Shown in pieces: positions 14,168-28,821 of a DNA stretch of 64,000 bases; position 1 is the stretch's first letter, and each line of letters starts with the position of its first letter. This stretch comes from the human T2T-CHM13v2.0 reference genome, Homo sapiens, in the NCBI RefSeq assembly GCF_009914755.1, contig NC_060934.1; one strand, given 5' to 3'. The notes beneath the pieces are model-generated. The model had not been told where the DNA came from. It made no database searches and worked only from the letters and a program-made list of their open reading frames with translations. Both the position numbers and the translations under genes were made by a program.

Positions 14168-14750
14168 TTCTGTTGCCCAGGCTAGAGTAGGGTGGTGTAA
14201 TCATAGCTACCTGTCACCTCAAACTCCTGGGCTCCAGCAATTCTCCTGCCTCTCCTGAGTCAGTAGGACCACAGGTGTGCACCACCATGCTTGTTTTTTT
14301 TTTTTTTCAGTGGTAGGGTCTATGTTGCCTAGGCTCATCTTGAACTTCGGGGCTCAAGCAATCCTCTCTTGTTCCTGCTGTGGCCATGTAAGATGTGCCT
14401 GGCCTCCCAAAGTGTTGGGATTACAGGCATGAGCCACCATGCCCAACCTACACAATTTTTTTTTTTTTTTTTTTGAGACAGGGTCTCACTCTGTCACCCA
14501 GACTGGAGTGCAGTGGTGTGATCTGGGTTCATTATAACCTCTGCCTTTCAAGCTGAGGCCATCCTCCCACCTCAGTCCCTGAGTAGCTGGGACTACAGAT
14601 GCACAACACTATGCCTGGCTAATTTTTTTTTTTTTTTTTTGTAGATACGGTTTCGTATTGTTGCCCAGGCTGGTCTCAAACTCCTGGCTTCAAGTACTCC
14701 TCCTATCTTAGCCTCCCAAAGTGCTAGGATTATAGGCATGAGCTGCCATA
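14168..14750 (-). mobile_element. Two tandem AluJ-like elements
   Basis: Two reverse Alus, junction at the poly-T near 14456. Confidence 0.88.
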
Positions 14751-15067
14751 AGAGGCCTACGCAAAATTTTATCAGTGAAACAGCACTATGATTAACGAGT
14801 TAGGCCTTGTTAACTACTATGCTATAATACTAAAGCCAGTTCTTTAATGTAGCCAATCTCATCTAAAAATTTTCATAATTGTTTATAAGAGAATCCAACT
14901 AAAGAAATGTAAGGAAGTTAGGTTGGCTAACAAAATTTATTTCAAACGGGACCCTTAGTATGAAAAACTACTCTTCGGCAAATGTGACAAAGGCGTTTTT
15001 GGGCAATTTTCCATTTCTTTCCTCATTCTTATTCCAAAGCTTGATTTATTCTTTTCAAAAGGACACA

Positions 15068-15388
15068 CAGCCCTCTGTGTCTGTGGGTTCCTCACCCCTG
15101 GCTTCAACCATGAATCAAAGATATTCATGAAAAAATCTGCATCTATACCTAACTTGTAGATTTTCTTATCATTAGTGACTAAACAACATAGTACAACTAT
15201 TCACACAGCATTTACATTGTGTTAGGTATTACAAGTAATCCAGAAATTATTTAAAACATGAGAGAGGAAGTGCATAGGTGATGTGCTCGTATGATGCCAT
15301 TTTATATCAGGGACTTGAGCATCCTCGCTCTTTGCTTTCTGCAGTGGTCCCAGAACCTATCTCCTCCGTGGACACCGAGGGACGACTT
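15068..15388. mobile_element. MER2-like DNA transposon
   Basis: agcatttacattgtgttaggtattacaagtaatc, ccattttatatcagggacttgagcatcc. Confidence 0.75.
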
Positions 15389-15564
15389 TCTAGCAAATAG
15401 TGACCTTTTCAAGGGTTTAATACTTTGAGAACAGGGTTAGGCACATAAGGGGTGAATATCAGGCCTCGAATTTTTACTCTGCTGTAAACTGGCCATTTCA
15501 TCTTAGTTTTAAAAATTTTACTGTGGTAAAACATATGTAACATAACATTTACCATATTAACCAC

Positions 15565-15858
15565 TTCTTTTCTTTTTTTCTGAGACAGAGTCTTACTTTG
15601 TCACCCAGGCTAGAGTGCAGTGGTGTGATCACAGCTCACTGTAGCCCTGACCTCATGGGCTCAAGTGATCCTCCCACTTCCCAAGTATCTGGGACTAGAG
15701 GCACGTACCACCATGACTGGGACTAGAGACTAGAGGCACATACCACCATGACTGGCTAACTTAAAACTTTTTTTGTGGAGATGGGGTCTCACTATGTTGC
15801 CCAAGCTGGTCTTGAACGCCTAGGTTCAAGCAATCCTCCTGCCTCGGACACCCAAAGT
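15565..15858 (-). mobile_element. AluJ-like with internal ~38-bp duplication
   Basis: Reverse Alu; gactagaggcac.taccaccatgactgg occurs twice. Confidence 0.88.
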
Positions 15859-16544
15859 CATTTTAACCATTTCTAAGTGTCCCTGGAAGTGGCTTCCTCA
15901 AAAATACACATCAGCATTAATGATTTGCTCTGTCAGAATTGTCAGCACACAACGGGCTTGGGAACCCAGTGTGAATTCCTGGCCAGAGAATTTCAAATAT
16001 ACTTGTGAAAACTAAATAAAGTTTCACCTCCCTCCTCATCACCATAAATAAGAAATCAACATTAAGAAAACACAAATCTTGACAGCAGAAACAAATAGAA
16101 AACCCAACTCATGATTTCCTAATTGCCCTTACCTCACTCAATACAGCAAATTTTGATTAATTGCTGTATTAGCCAAAATTGATTTTTGGCACTGGCAATA
16201 AATTCTGCTATGGACAAGACAAACCTACTTAAGAGCAGGTTGCTTATTCTCAAGACATTATTCTCTGAGAATGTTGGGAACCTGAGCTGTTCTTCAGATC
16301 TTAACTTCAAAAAGAATAAAAATAGACATTTTGGTAAGTAATACACATTCGCACATTAGCAATTTGATGATTTCAGATTACTAACCTGACAAAATATACC
16401 AACAACTGAAAACTCTCCTAACTTGGGAATTCAACAAGACAGGTTCATCTCACCTGGGGGTCCTGGGTCATACCCTGTCTGCCAGCAGGCATGCCATCCA
16501 GCCCAGGGTCTCCCTACACACTTGAGTTACTGCAATGAAGCACT

Positions 16545-16845
16545 TTATTATTTTTTATTGTTGAGACAGAGTCTCACTCCGTCGCCCAGGTTGGAGTGCA
16601 GTGGTGCATTCTTGGCTCAATGCAACCTCTGCCTCCTGGGTTCAAGTGATTCTCCTGCCTCATGCTCCTGAGTAGCTGGGATGACAGGCGTGTGCCACCA
16701 CGCCAGGCTAATTTTTGTATTTTTAGCAGAGACGAGGTTTCATCATGTTGGCCAGGCTGGTCTCAAACTCCTGACCTCAAGTGATCCACCCACCTCAGCC
16801 TCCCAAAGTGCTGGGATTACCTGCATGAGCCACCGCACCCGGCCT
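16545..16845 (-). mobile_element. Alu (AluSx-like)
   Basis: Reverse Alu consensus. Confidence 0.93.
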
Positions 16846-16859
16846 ATTCTTTTTAAAAC

Positions 16860-18720
<1,861 letters not shown>

Positions 18721-19555
18721 GGCTATCTGACACAATTTTTAAAAACAGGTGTAATCTTAAAAAATATTTTGAAACAATACCATTATACTCATATGTCTCA
18801 GATAAACAATCCTCTATGACAGAAGAAAGCTTTAGGATGAGGACACAAATTATTTGTGTTACTTAACTTTCAAACAATCACAAAGTTATAGAAAATGTAC
18901 AAGTACGTTTAAAATAATTCTCTCTCCTTGGATTATCTAATGGTGAATCACTGACCTGATGCGTAATCCCAGACACTTCAGGGGGGATTTCCAACAAACA
19001 AGTCTATTTTCCTCCATAAACACCTAAGCCATCAAAATCAGAAAACCAACGCATTCCTCCTGTCCCAGCTCAGACCCTGTTCAAGTTTCTCTAGCCATCC
19101 CCAATTACCCAGTTTGCACAGGCACACTGCAAGAAAGTGGTCGGCTCTCAGCTTCCCGCTGCCCAGAGCGAGTTTCTGGATGTTTCCGTGACTCTCACGA
19201 CACCAGGCTTTGGGAAGATTCTAGGCAGGTGCATTGTCCAATCAGTCCCCTAACTTGGGGGCTGGTGCTTCCACATGGGGAGATCCAGGACAGGCATCTT
19301 CGGCAGGAGTATCGCGGATGCGGCTCTCTTCATCCCACCCGCTGTGTGCTACAGGCTTCACCATCACTGAGGTTTGCCTGGACCAGCTGGTTCAGGCTTT
19401 TCCACCATGAAGACTCTCTTTCCTTTAACTATTTCGTGGATGGCTACTATAGAAATCCTCACTTCTCATCAAGCTTTCCATTTGTTCATCTGTGTATCTG
19501 AATAGTTGGAAAATTTCCTATTTTACTCAAAGTGTTACAACCTGTTGCAATCTTT

Positions 19556-19860
19556 ATTCTTGAGACAGGGTCTCGCTCTGTCACCCAGGCTTGAGTGCAG
19601 TGGCGTGATCTCAGCTTACTGCAACCTCAACCACCCAGGCTCAAGTGATCCTCCACCTCAGCCTCCCAAGTAGTTGGGACCACAGGCGCACACCACTACA
19701 CCCGGCTAACTAAAAAAAAAATGTTTTTGTAGGCTAGGTGTGGTGGTTCATGCCTATAATTCCAACACTTTGGGAGGCTGAGGTGGGAGGATAGCTTGAG
19801 CCCAGGAGTTCAAAACCAGCCTGGGCAACATGGCAAGACGCCATCTCTAAAAAAAAATTT
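19556..19860. mobile_element. Minus-strand Alu right arm directly abutting a plus-strand Alu monomer
   Basis: Orientation switches at ~19731. Confidence 0.85.
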
Positions 19861-20070
19861 AAACATCAGCAACCCTGAGGTCCCAGGATAGCGATGCTTT
19901 GGTCAAGGATGGGTCCGTGTACAATGGTGGTCTCATGAGCCTGTAACGAAGCTGAAAAATTTCTACTGCCTAGAGATGCTGAAGCACACGTTACTTGTGT
20001 TGGTGGTGGTAACTGGTCTAAACAAACCTGTGCTGCCAGTCATATAAAAGCACAGCACATACAATCATGT

Positions 20071-20174
20071 CTTCAGTTCTGTTTACACGATGAATCACAT
20101 TTTTTTATTTGCATATGATACCTAGCATCTTAGAGATGAAGCCTACTTGGGCACGGTGGATTAGGTTTTTGATG
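20071..20174 (-). mobile_element. 104-bp internal L1 ORF2 (RT-region) fragment
   Basis: Translates IKNLIHRAQVGFISKM versus L1 IKKLIHHDQVGFIPGM. Confidence 0.7.
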
Positions 20175-20453
20175 AGCATATACAATTATGTACACAACTT
20201 AATACTTTAACCATGATGACAAACAACTGTTACTGGTTTATGAATTTACTGTACTTTGTTATTTTACAGCATCCTCCTACTTATAAAAAAGAAAGTAAAT
20301 TGTAAAACAGCCTCAGTGGGTCCTTCAGGAGGGTCTTCCAGGAGAAGGTATTGTTATCCTAGGAGGTCATGGCTCCGTCTGCGTCCTGTCCCTGGAGGCC
20401 CTCCAGTGGGACAAGAGGTGGAGGGGAAAACAGTGACACTGAACACCCTGGCC

Positions 20454-20535
20454 CTGTGGAGGCCTAGGCAGCTGTGTGTGTGTGTGTTGTGGAGGCCTAG
20501 ACTGGTGTGTGTGTGCGTGTTGTGGAGGCCTAGGC

Positions 20536-20574
<39 letters not shown>

Positions 20575-20628
20575 GTGGAGGCCTAGGCAGCTGTGTGTGT
20601 GTGTGTGTGTGTTGTGGAGGCCTAGACT

Positions 20629-20660
<32 letters not shown>

Positions 20661-21758
20661 GTGGAGGCCTAGACTGGTGTGTGTGTGCGTGTGTGTGTTG
20701 TGGAGGCCTAGGCAGCTGTGTGTGTGTGTGTGTGTTGTGGAGGCCTAGGCTGATATGTGCATGCGTGTGGTGGAGGCCTAGGCAGCTGTCTGTGTGTGCA
20801 AGTGTGTGTGGTGGAGGCCTAGGCCGGTGTGTGTGTGTTGTGGAGGCCTAGGCTGATGTGTGTGTGTGTTGTGGAGGCCTAGGCTGATGTGTGTGTGTGT
20901 TCTGTGGAGGCCCAGGCAGCTGTGTGTGTGTGTTCTGTGGAGGCCCAGGCAGCTGTGTGTGTGTGTTCTGTGGAGGCCTAGGCAGCTGTGTGTGTGTGTG
21001 CACGTGTGTTGTGGAGGCCTAGGCAGGTGTGTGCGCGCGTGTGTGTTGTGGAGGCCTAGGCAGCTGTGTGTGTGTCGTGGAGGCCTAAGTAGCTGTGTGT
21101 GTGTGTTGTGGAGGCCTAGGCTGATTGTGTGTGCGTGTGTGTTGTGGAGGCCTAAGCTGATGTGTATGTGTGTGCTGTGGAGGCCTAGACAGTCTGTGTG
21201 TGTGTGCGTGCGTGTGTGTTGTAGAGGCCTAGGAAGCTGTGTGTGTGCTGTGGAGGCCTAGGCTGATGTGTGTGTGTGTGTTCTGTGGAGGCCTAGGCAG
21301 CTGTGTGTGTGTGCGCACGTGTGTTGTGGAGGCGTAGGCCGGTGTGTGTACGCGTGTGTGTTGTGGAGGCCTAGGCAGCTGTGTGTGTGTTGTGGAGGCC
21401 TAGGCTGATGTGTGTGTGTGTTGTGGAGGACTAGGCTGATGTGTGTGTGTGTTCTGTGGAGGCCTAGGCAGCTGTGTGTGTGCACGTGTGTTGTGGAGGC
21501 CTAGGCAGCTGTGTGTGTGTCGTGGAGGCCTACGCAGCTGTGTGTGTGTGTTGTGGAGGCCTAGGTTGATGTGTGTGCACGTGTGTTGTAGAGGCCTAGG
21601 AAGCTGTGTGTGTGTGTTGTGGAGGCCTAGGCTGATGTGTATGTGTGTGCTGTGGAGGCCTAGACAGTCGTGTGTGTGTGTGCGTGTGTGTGTGTTGTAG
21701 AGGCCTAGGAAGCTGTGTGTGTGCTGTGGAGGCCTAGGCTGATGTGTATGCGTGTATA
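20454..21758. repeat. Compound minisatellite: tgtggaggcctaggc-type core separated by variable (TG)n, about 35 units
   Basis: Visible directly in the sequence. Confidence 0.95.
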
Positions 21759-22462
21759 TATTAGTTTTTAACAAAAGCTTCAAATGTTTTTTAAAATTTA
21801 ATAGAAAGCAGCTTATAAAGGAGATAAATTATTTTTGTATAGTTGTATAATGTGTTTGTGTTATAAGCTAAGTGTTTTTATAGATGAGTCAAAAATGTTA
21901 CAAATTAAAACGTTAAGGTTAAAAAGTTACAGTAAGCGAAGGTTAATTTATTACTGAAGAACTAAAAATATTTTTGACAAACTTGGCGTAGCCAAAGTGT
22001 CTGGTATTTACAGAGGCCACAATAGTGTGCAGTCGTGTCCTGGCCTCACGTTCAGGTGCCGCTTACTCACCAACTCGCCAACTCACCTGGGCAACCTCCA
22101 CTCCTGCCAGCTCCAGTCATGGGAAATGCCCTACACAGTTTTTTTTTTTTTTCCCACCTTCTATACCATCTTTTTACTGTACCTTTTCTGTGTTTAAATA
22201 TGTCTCGACACACGACCACTTACCATCACGTTACCGCTGCCCACAGCATTCAGTGCACTAACACGCTGCACAGGACTGCGGACTGGGTGTGTCAGGCTGT
22301 ACCAGCCAAGTCTGTGCAAGCAAACTCCATGTTTACATAATGAAATCGCCCATTTGGAACGTACCCCCATGACTAACGCCTGGCCGCACTGATTTCTAAT
22401 TCCCCACACGGAGCTGATCTCCCTCGGCTGCTGCCGATTCTTAGAACAAGCTCTGACTCCCC

Positions 22463-22695
22463 CACGCTGCACCCTGCCTGGCTGGCACTGCCCACGCCAC
22501 CTGCACGCTGCACCCTGCCTGGCTCCCACAGCCCACGCCACCTGCACGCTGCACGCTGCACCCTGCCTGGCTCCCACAGCCCACCCCACCTGCACCCTGC
22601 ACCCTGCCTGGCTCCCACAGCCCACGCCACCTGCACCCTGCACCCTGCCTGGCTCCCACAATGCACCCTGCCTGGCTCCCACAGCCCACGCCAGG
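22463..22695. repeat. C-rich minisatellite, ~41-48-bp unit, about 5 copies
   Basis: ctgcaccctgcctggctcccacagcccacgccac repeated. Confidence 0.9.
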
Positions 22696-23583
22696 ACACC
22701 CCTCTGTGGACTCCCCTCCTCCGACGTGGGCTTGGGCACCCTGCGCGGCTGCCCCCACCAAGACACACTCCCCACCCTGCTACACTCTTAGGAGCACAGC
22801 CTGAGGTCGAGGCGTCCTCAAATTTACACCCCCAGGGCCTCTTCTGCCTGATTCTCTTCCCAGACCTGCTGAACTGCATGGGAAAGGGAAGTCATTATTA
22901 TTTTTAACTTATGTATTAGTCATTGTAGATCTAGGACCCAAGTGCTTTTTTTGTTTTTTAAAAGCAAGTCCATTGGGATCTGTTTCTATAGAGATTTTTT
23001 TCTTTTTTAATGGGAAGATTCATGGCTATATTTATTTTGACTGTTGCAAGGGCAATCAACAGAATACTGTGATCTTGTGACTTCTGAGTTAGTAACATTT
23101 TGCAGGAAAGATGCTTGTCAAATTTCATCGCAACCTGGACAAACCCTTAAAGAGTGTATTGTTATTGTGGGTTCACACGGAGAACTTACTTTCCCTGCAA
23201 CAAACATCTTCTCTCTGGTTTCCATGGGGAGCCAGGCTTGGTAAGCCTGCAGGCAGGAGGCTTCCATCGGCTGGCTTCAGTTTTACTGGTATACTTTGCC
23301 AAATGAAATACGGTCACCCTACAAGGGCCGTTGTTCAGAACAGACCTCTGCCGTTCAGCTTGGCGCATATACCTGAGGCCATGTTCTGAGCGATTTTCCA
23401 AGAAAAAAAAATTTACTCACAATGTTATGGCATTTTGGATTGAGGCAAAAATCATTAAATATTTCATTTATTCAGTTTTATCTGCTTTCTCAAAAAGCTG
23501 AATTGTCCTAATTAGAATATCGGTATTTTTCAAAAATACAGAATTACATTTTAATACAACTTAATACTATTAAATATTAGTCA

Positions 23584-23917
<334 letters not shown>

Positions 23918-24911
23918 CTATAAATTTTGAAAAAATCATAACCAATTTCATACTGTAGCGTCTCAGTTTTATAAATATATTAACATATATTTATTCATAA
24001 AATGTGTAAAGAAGATTTATGAGTGAAATTATTTTTATGTTTGTGTTAGCTTTAAAATACCCATTTAAAAAAAAAAGGGGGAAAGCAGGCGGATAATACA
24101 AAACTGCTAAAATGCTGACATGTGAAGCTGGATGATGGTCACGGGTGTTTATTACTGGACATGCTCTATGCTTACTTGCTTGAAAACGCTCCATTAGAAA
24201 ATGAACTCTGAAAACTATATGCCCAATGCTAATAGTGGGTATTTATTGGTAACACTCTTTATCAGGTGCTATGATTGTTGATGGCTTTATTTTCTTCTTC
24301 ATATTTTCTATAATTTCTACAATGAACATGTATGTATAATCAGACAAAAAAGCCAAGAAACATCCATAAGTTTTTCTGGTCATTCATTCATCCCATAAAT
24401 ACTTGCTGAGCACCTGCTGTAAGCCAGGCTCCGAGCCGGCTGCTGGGTAGAGTGCCGCACCCCAGGGAACGCTCAGCCCTCGTGGACTCACCTCTGGGCT
24501 TGCCCAGCCTAAGCCCCGCAGTAACAGCTGGGGTGAAGCCTGAGGGAGGTGACAGCCTGCAATGCCTGCTGGCCCAGCGAGAACCCAGGCCCAGCACCAT
24601 CGCCAGGTTTTACAGGCATAAGAACCAAGCCTGGAGCCTGGGAGTCTTCTGATTGTCAGAAATAAAGGTCCGCAACAGACGGCTCTCCAAAATGCTCCTT
24701 CCCTGCTGCAGAAAGTCAAAGTCACCCCAGGTGCTGCTTTCCCCGAGAGCCAAGTCCACCAGGAGAAGTAGAGGGACACGGGTAAGCCCCAGGCCTCCTC
24801 TGGCAGGAGTGGGGGTGTGGGGGCAGTGCTTAAGTTGCCTGGCTGGGTCTAAGGTCTGGAGAGGAAGGTGCATGATTTTTTTTAATGTAAAGATATAGAG
24901 AGGCATCTTAC

Positions 24912-25042
24912 CTGCAGAGGCACCAGAGGACAAATCCCAGTCCACAGTAAGGGTCCAGGCAGATGGCCACTTCTCTAGAGGGGTAAAGTTCACACTGCAG
25001 CTTAATGGAACGGCAGAAGGCACTGGTGGCTGCGTGAGACAT
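24912..25042 (-). CDS. DIP2C: DIP2C coding exon, 131 nt (MSHAATSA...FVLWCLCS)
   Basis: Acceptor ttttgcag|ATG, donor CAG|gtaaga; phase 0 to 2; translated by hand. Confidence 0.94.
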
Positions 25043-25052
25043 CTGCAAAATA

Positions 25053-25335
25053 CAAGGCTGTGTTAAACGCATCGGACCTGACACCCTCAGACACCCGGGA
25101 CAATACGGGGCTGCAGGGAACGCAAGGCTGTGTTGAACGCATCGGACCTGACACCCTCAGACACCCGGGACAATACGGGGCTGCACTGAACGCAAGGCTG
25201 TTTTGAACGCATCGGACCTGACACCCTCAGAAACCCGGGACAATACGGGGCTGCACTGAACGCAAGGCTGTGTTGAACGCATCGGGCCTGACACCCTCAG
25301 ACACCCGGGACAATACGGGGCTGCACTGAATGCAT
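25053..25335. repeat. 70-bp minisatellite, about 4 copies plus a degenerate tail to ~25420
   Basis: caaggctg recurs at 25053, 25123, 25193 and 25263. Confidence 0.93.
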
Positions 25336-25444
25336 GGGACTTCATACCCAAGGATACCTACAAGACAATAAAGCCGCATTAAATGCGTGGGGCCTGACAC
25401 CCAAAGACATCTTTAAGACAATAAGGCCAAATGAAATGTATGCT

Positions 25445-25598
25445 GGCCTGGTGCAGTGGCTCATACCTGTAATCAAAACACTTCAGGAGGCCAAGGTGGG
25501 ATGGTCACTTGAGCCCAGGAGTTCCCGGCTGCAGTGAGCTATGATTACCACTGCACTCCAGCCTGGACAACGGAGTGAGACCCTGTCTCTTCAATAAA
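25445..25598 (+). mobile_element. Alu monomer
   Basis: Single arm. Confidence 0.8.
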
Positions 25599-25863
25599 TT
25601 TTAGAGAACAAAACCCAAAAGAACAACAAATGCACGATACCTGGCCCCAAAGGCCCAAAGCTGTTTTTAGGACTGGCGACAACTGTCACCAAGCTGGGCT
25701 ATGTTGTGTCTGGGGAATGTGAGTGGCTGATATTTTCACTGGAGTTCTCATTTTCAATGAGTAAACCTCACTCAGAACTGTTGGTCCTCCAGGACCTAGC
25801 AACTCTAGCTATTGAAATAGTGCGTTTGAACAGCAAGTCATGGAGGAAGGGGTTCTCGTGTAA

Positions 25864-26170
<307 letters not shown>

Positions 26171-26720
26171 TCGTGTGACCCTCTCTCTAACACACCGTCC
26201 CACAGGTAGGGGAGGCACCACGGTGCATTCCTCTGCTGGTCGAGGCCCTGTCTTATTCACGGCTATCTCCACGGCTGGACATAGCCTCTGCTGTGCAGCA
26301 TGTGGCCAGCAAGACCTGCTGGGTGGCTCAGCTGTCTTAATGATCAGAAAGTGAAGGCTCACAGAAGTTAAAGATTTTGCTGCCTGTGACATAAGTTAGA
26401 GCTAGGAGTTAGAGCCCAGGTCCTCCTACACTCCAGGGCCCTTCACTATCTTCCACCATCCTGCATGGAGATGGTGGCTAAAATCCAATCATCCCATCAT
26501 GACCAGACAGTGAAGAGCTTCCGCATCTTCCTCTTCCCTAATCCCTGTAATAGTCCCCCTACAGTCTGTGTGTAATGTCAATTATTTTGAAATACAATAA
26601 AATATATTAATAAGATCAATTTTCTCACAGAAGCTTTCTAGCCAAACAAACCTCAGAGGAAAAAGGAAGTCAAAGCAGCATACAAAATGGTCTGATTTTT
26701 GCGGTTTTAAAACACGTCAC

Positions 26721-27016
<296 letters not shown>

Positions 27017-28519
27017 TCACAAGTTGATCTGAAGTAGAATGTCACCAGAGCTAAATTGTAAAGGGACCAGCACAGAGCCTTGTAATAACTGGGGAAATCC
27101 AAATGCCTGGCTCCCCATCATTCATTCATCACTCCAGCAAGAGGTGAGAGAACTTGGAGGTGGGAGTCCTCCCACTGTAAAACGTTCCATCACTATTGGA
27201 AGTTCTGCCTGGGAGAAGGTTTCGTAACTGTTTTACTATATTCATACAGGGGAACGTAGAATTATTATAGAATGTAAAATGTAAATAATTCTTTTTAGCT
27301 TGCTTTTAAGGCAAATTTTTGTTTAAAGGAGAAATGAGACTGAATTTATACAACATCCATCCAGACTCCTGCCTCCCTGGATTAGGAGTTAGTCAAACCC
27401 TGCCTCCTAAAATTACCCACCCACTCAGATCAGCAACTAGAGCAAGCCTGCCCTGAACTGCTGCTCTGTGCAAAGCACTATTTCTAGGTGGAGAATTCAG
27501 TTCTTCAGCTTAGCAAATACTAAATACCGAGAGCTTGTGATCAGACACTGTGTTAAGCGCTGGAGATGAACCGAAGAGTAAGACACAGCCCTGCCCTCAG
27601 GATCCAGTGGGAATTCACAGACGAGGGCATGGACAACCGTGTATGGGGTGTAAGAGAGGCTGCTCCCAACACCCTGGCTGTGGGTCACAAAGCCAGCGGG
27701 GCCTTTGCGGGACTTCAGCAGAGAAACAGGAATTGACACCAGTTAAAGAAAAGCAGCCAGGAACGTTCTGATGGTCTACTCTACGTCAGACGCTGAGACT
27801 ATAAGCGGGCCATGAAACGGTATGACTGGAAGCAGCTGCTTCTCTTCTGGCTATGACAGTGGGAGGGTCACAGCTAACTTCAGACCACAGTAAGTAAATC
27901 ATCTTGATCTGAAAACATTTCTTTTCAAAAGCTTTTGAAAAATTATTTTATTTCATATTGTAGCTACTTTGGTATTCCACCTCAGTTCTACTAAGAGGTG
28001 GACAGAGCGTGAGAACTGTGCGAGGTAAAGCCAGCTCACCCGTCAGACCCACAGATGGGGGCAGACGGCACACAAGGCTGCGAAGTCCCCGAGGGTGGGG
28101 CGGGGGCGGGGCGGGGGGGTTTGCACGGCACCTCGGCAAGGGCGGCATCTGAGCTGAGAGGGTCATGATGATTTCTAATAGAGCCCAGGTTAAAACGCTA
28201 GAAAGTGCAGTGTGCAGAAATTTATCACAGAGCGTTCGGATTTGAGAACCAGCAAGAGAAAAACATTCGCAGTGTTCTACTGTCAGCTGAGACAGTGTTC
28301 ACATAAAAACATACTTGGGGCATTTGGACAGAATCAGTCAGCCTGGTTAAGGATGGAAATGGTCATACGTGTCATACCGTGAATGAAACACGTATGTATA
28401 CCTCTTTCCACATCTCAGTCTGACTACACGAGAGGCGCTGAGAGCCAGCACGTGACCTGCCACCTCCAGCACGCTCCGCAGTTGCCTCCATGGCCACCGC
28501 CCGCAGCCACCCCCCTCAC

Positions 28520-28629
28520 CTTTACGCCAGCTAGCATCCCAGTTGTGGACACGCTGAAGTCGAGATATGCAAGAGTGTCTGGGTTGCAAGGTTTGCAGAT
28601 CTGGGCAGGCCGCTTCTTTGGCAAATCAT
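28520..28629 (-). CDS. DIP2C: DIP2C coding exon, 110 nt (DDLPKKRP...YLDFSVSTTGMLAGVK, degenerate AMP-binding P-loop)
   Basis: Acceptor ctctccag|AT after an 80-nt intron, donor AAG|gtgagg; phase 1 to 0. Confidence 0.95.
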
Positions 28630-28709
28630 CTGGAGAGGAACATGACTATCAGCAGATCCAGCCTGAGCAAGGCCGTGAGCAAACCACCTTCTGCAGCTAA
28701 AGCACCAAC

Positions 28710-28821
28710 CTGTGTCCAGGATGAGGGGCCACGTCCTGACGTCCACAGCCGCCGCCGCCTCCCTGGACCGCAGCAACTTACAGATCAGCTGTGTCGTCAT
28801 CAGACAGGCAGAGCGACTCAC
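28710..28821 (-). CDS. DIP2C: DIP2C coding exon, 112 nt (VSRSACLM...PLILDT)
   Basis: Acceptor tgccag|GTGAGT, weak donor CAG|gttggt; phase 0 to 1. Confidence 0.94.

Larger units (their letters stand above)
19885..22385. mobile_element. Tigger3 (MER7)-like DNA transposon, interrupted by an L1 fragment and a VNTR
   Basis: ggtccttcaggagg..ccagtgggacaaga.gtggag and gctgaaaaatt.cta..gcctag match the remembered Tigger3 consensus. Confidence 0.7.

Noticed and set aside
20256-21783. Cys/Val-rich and His/Thr-rich ORFs resembling metallothionein or keratin-associated proteins
   Set aside because: Translations of (TG)n/(CA)n repeats with no supporting gene structure
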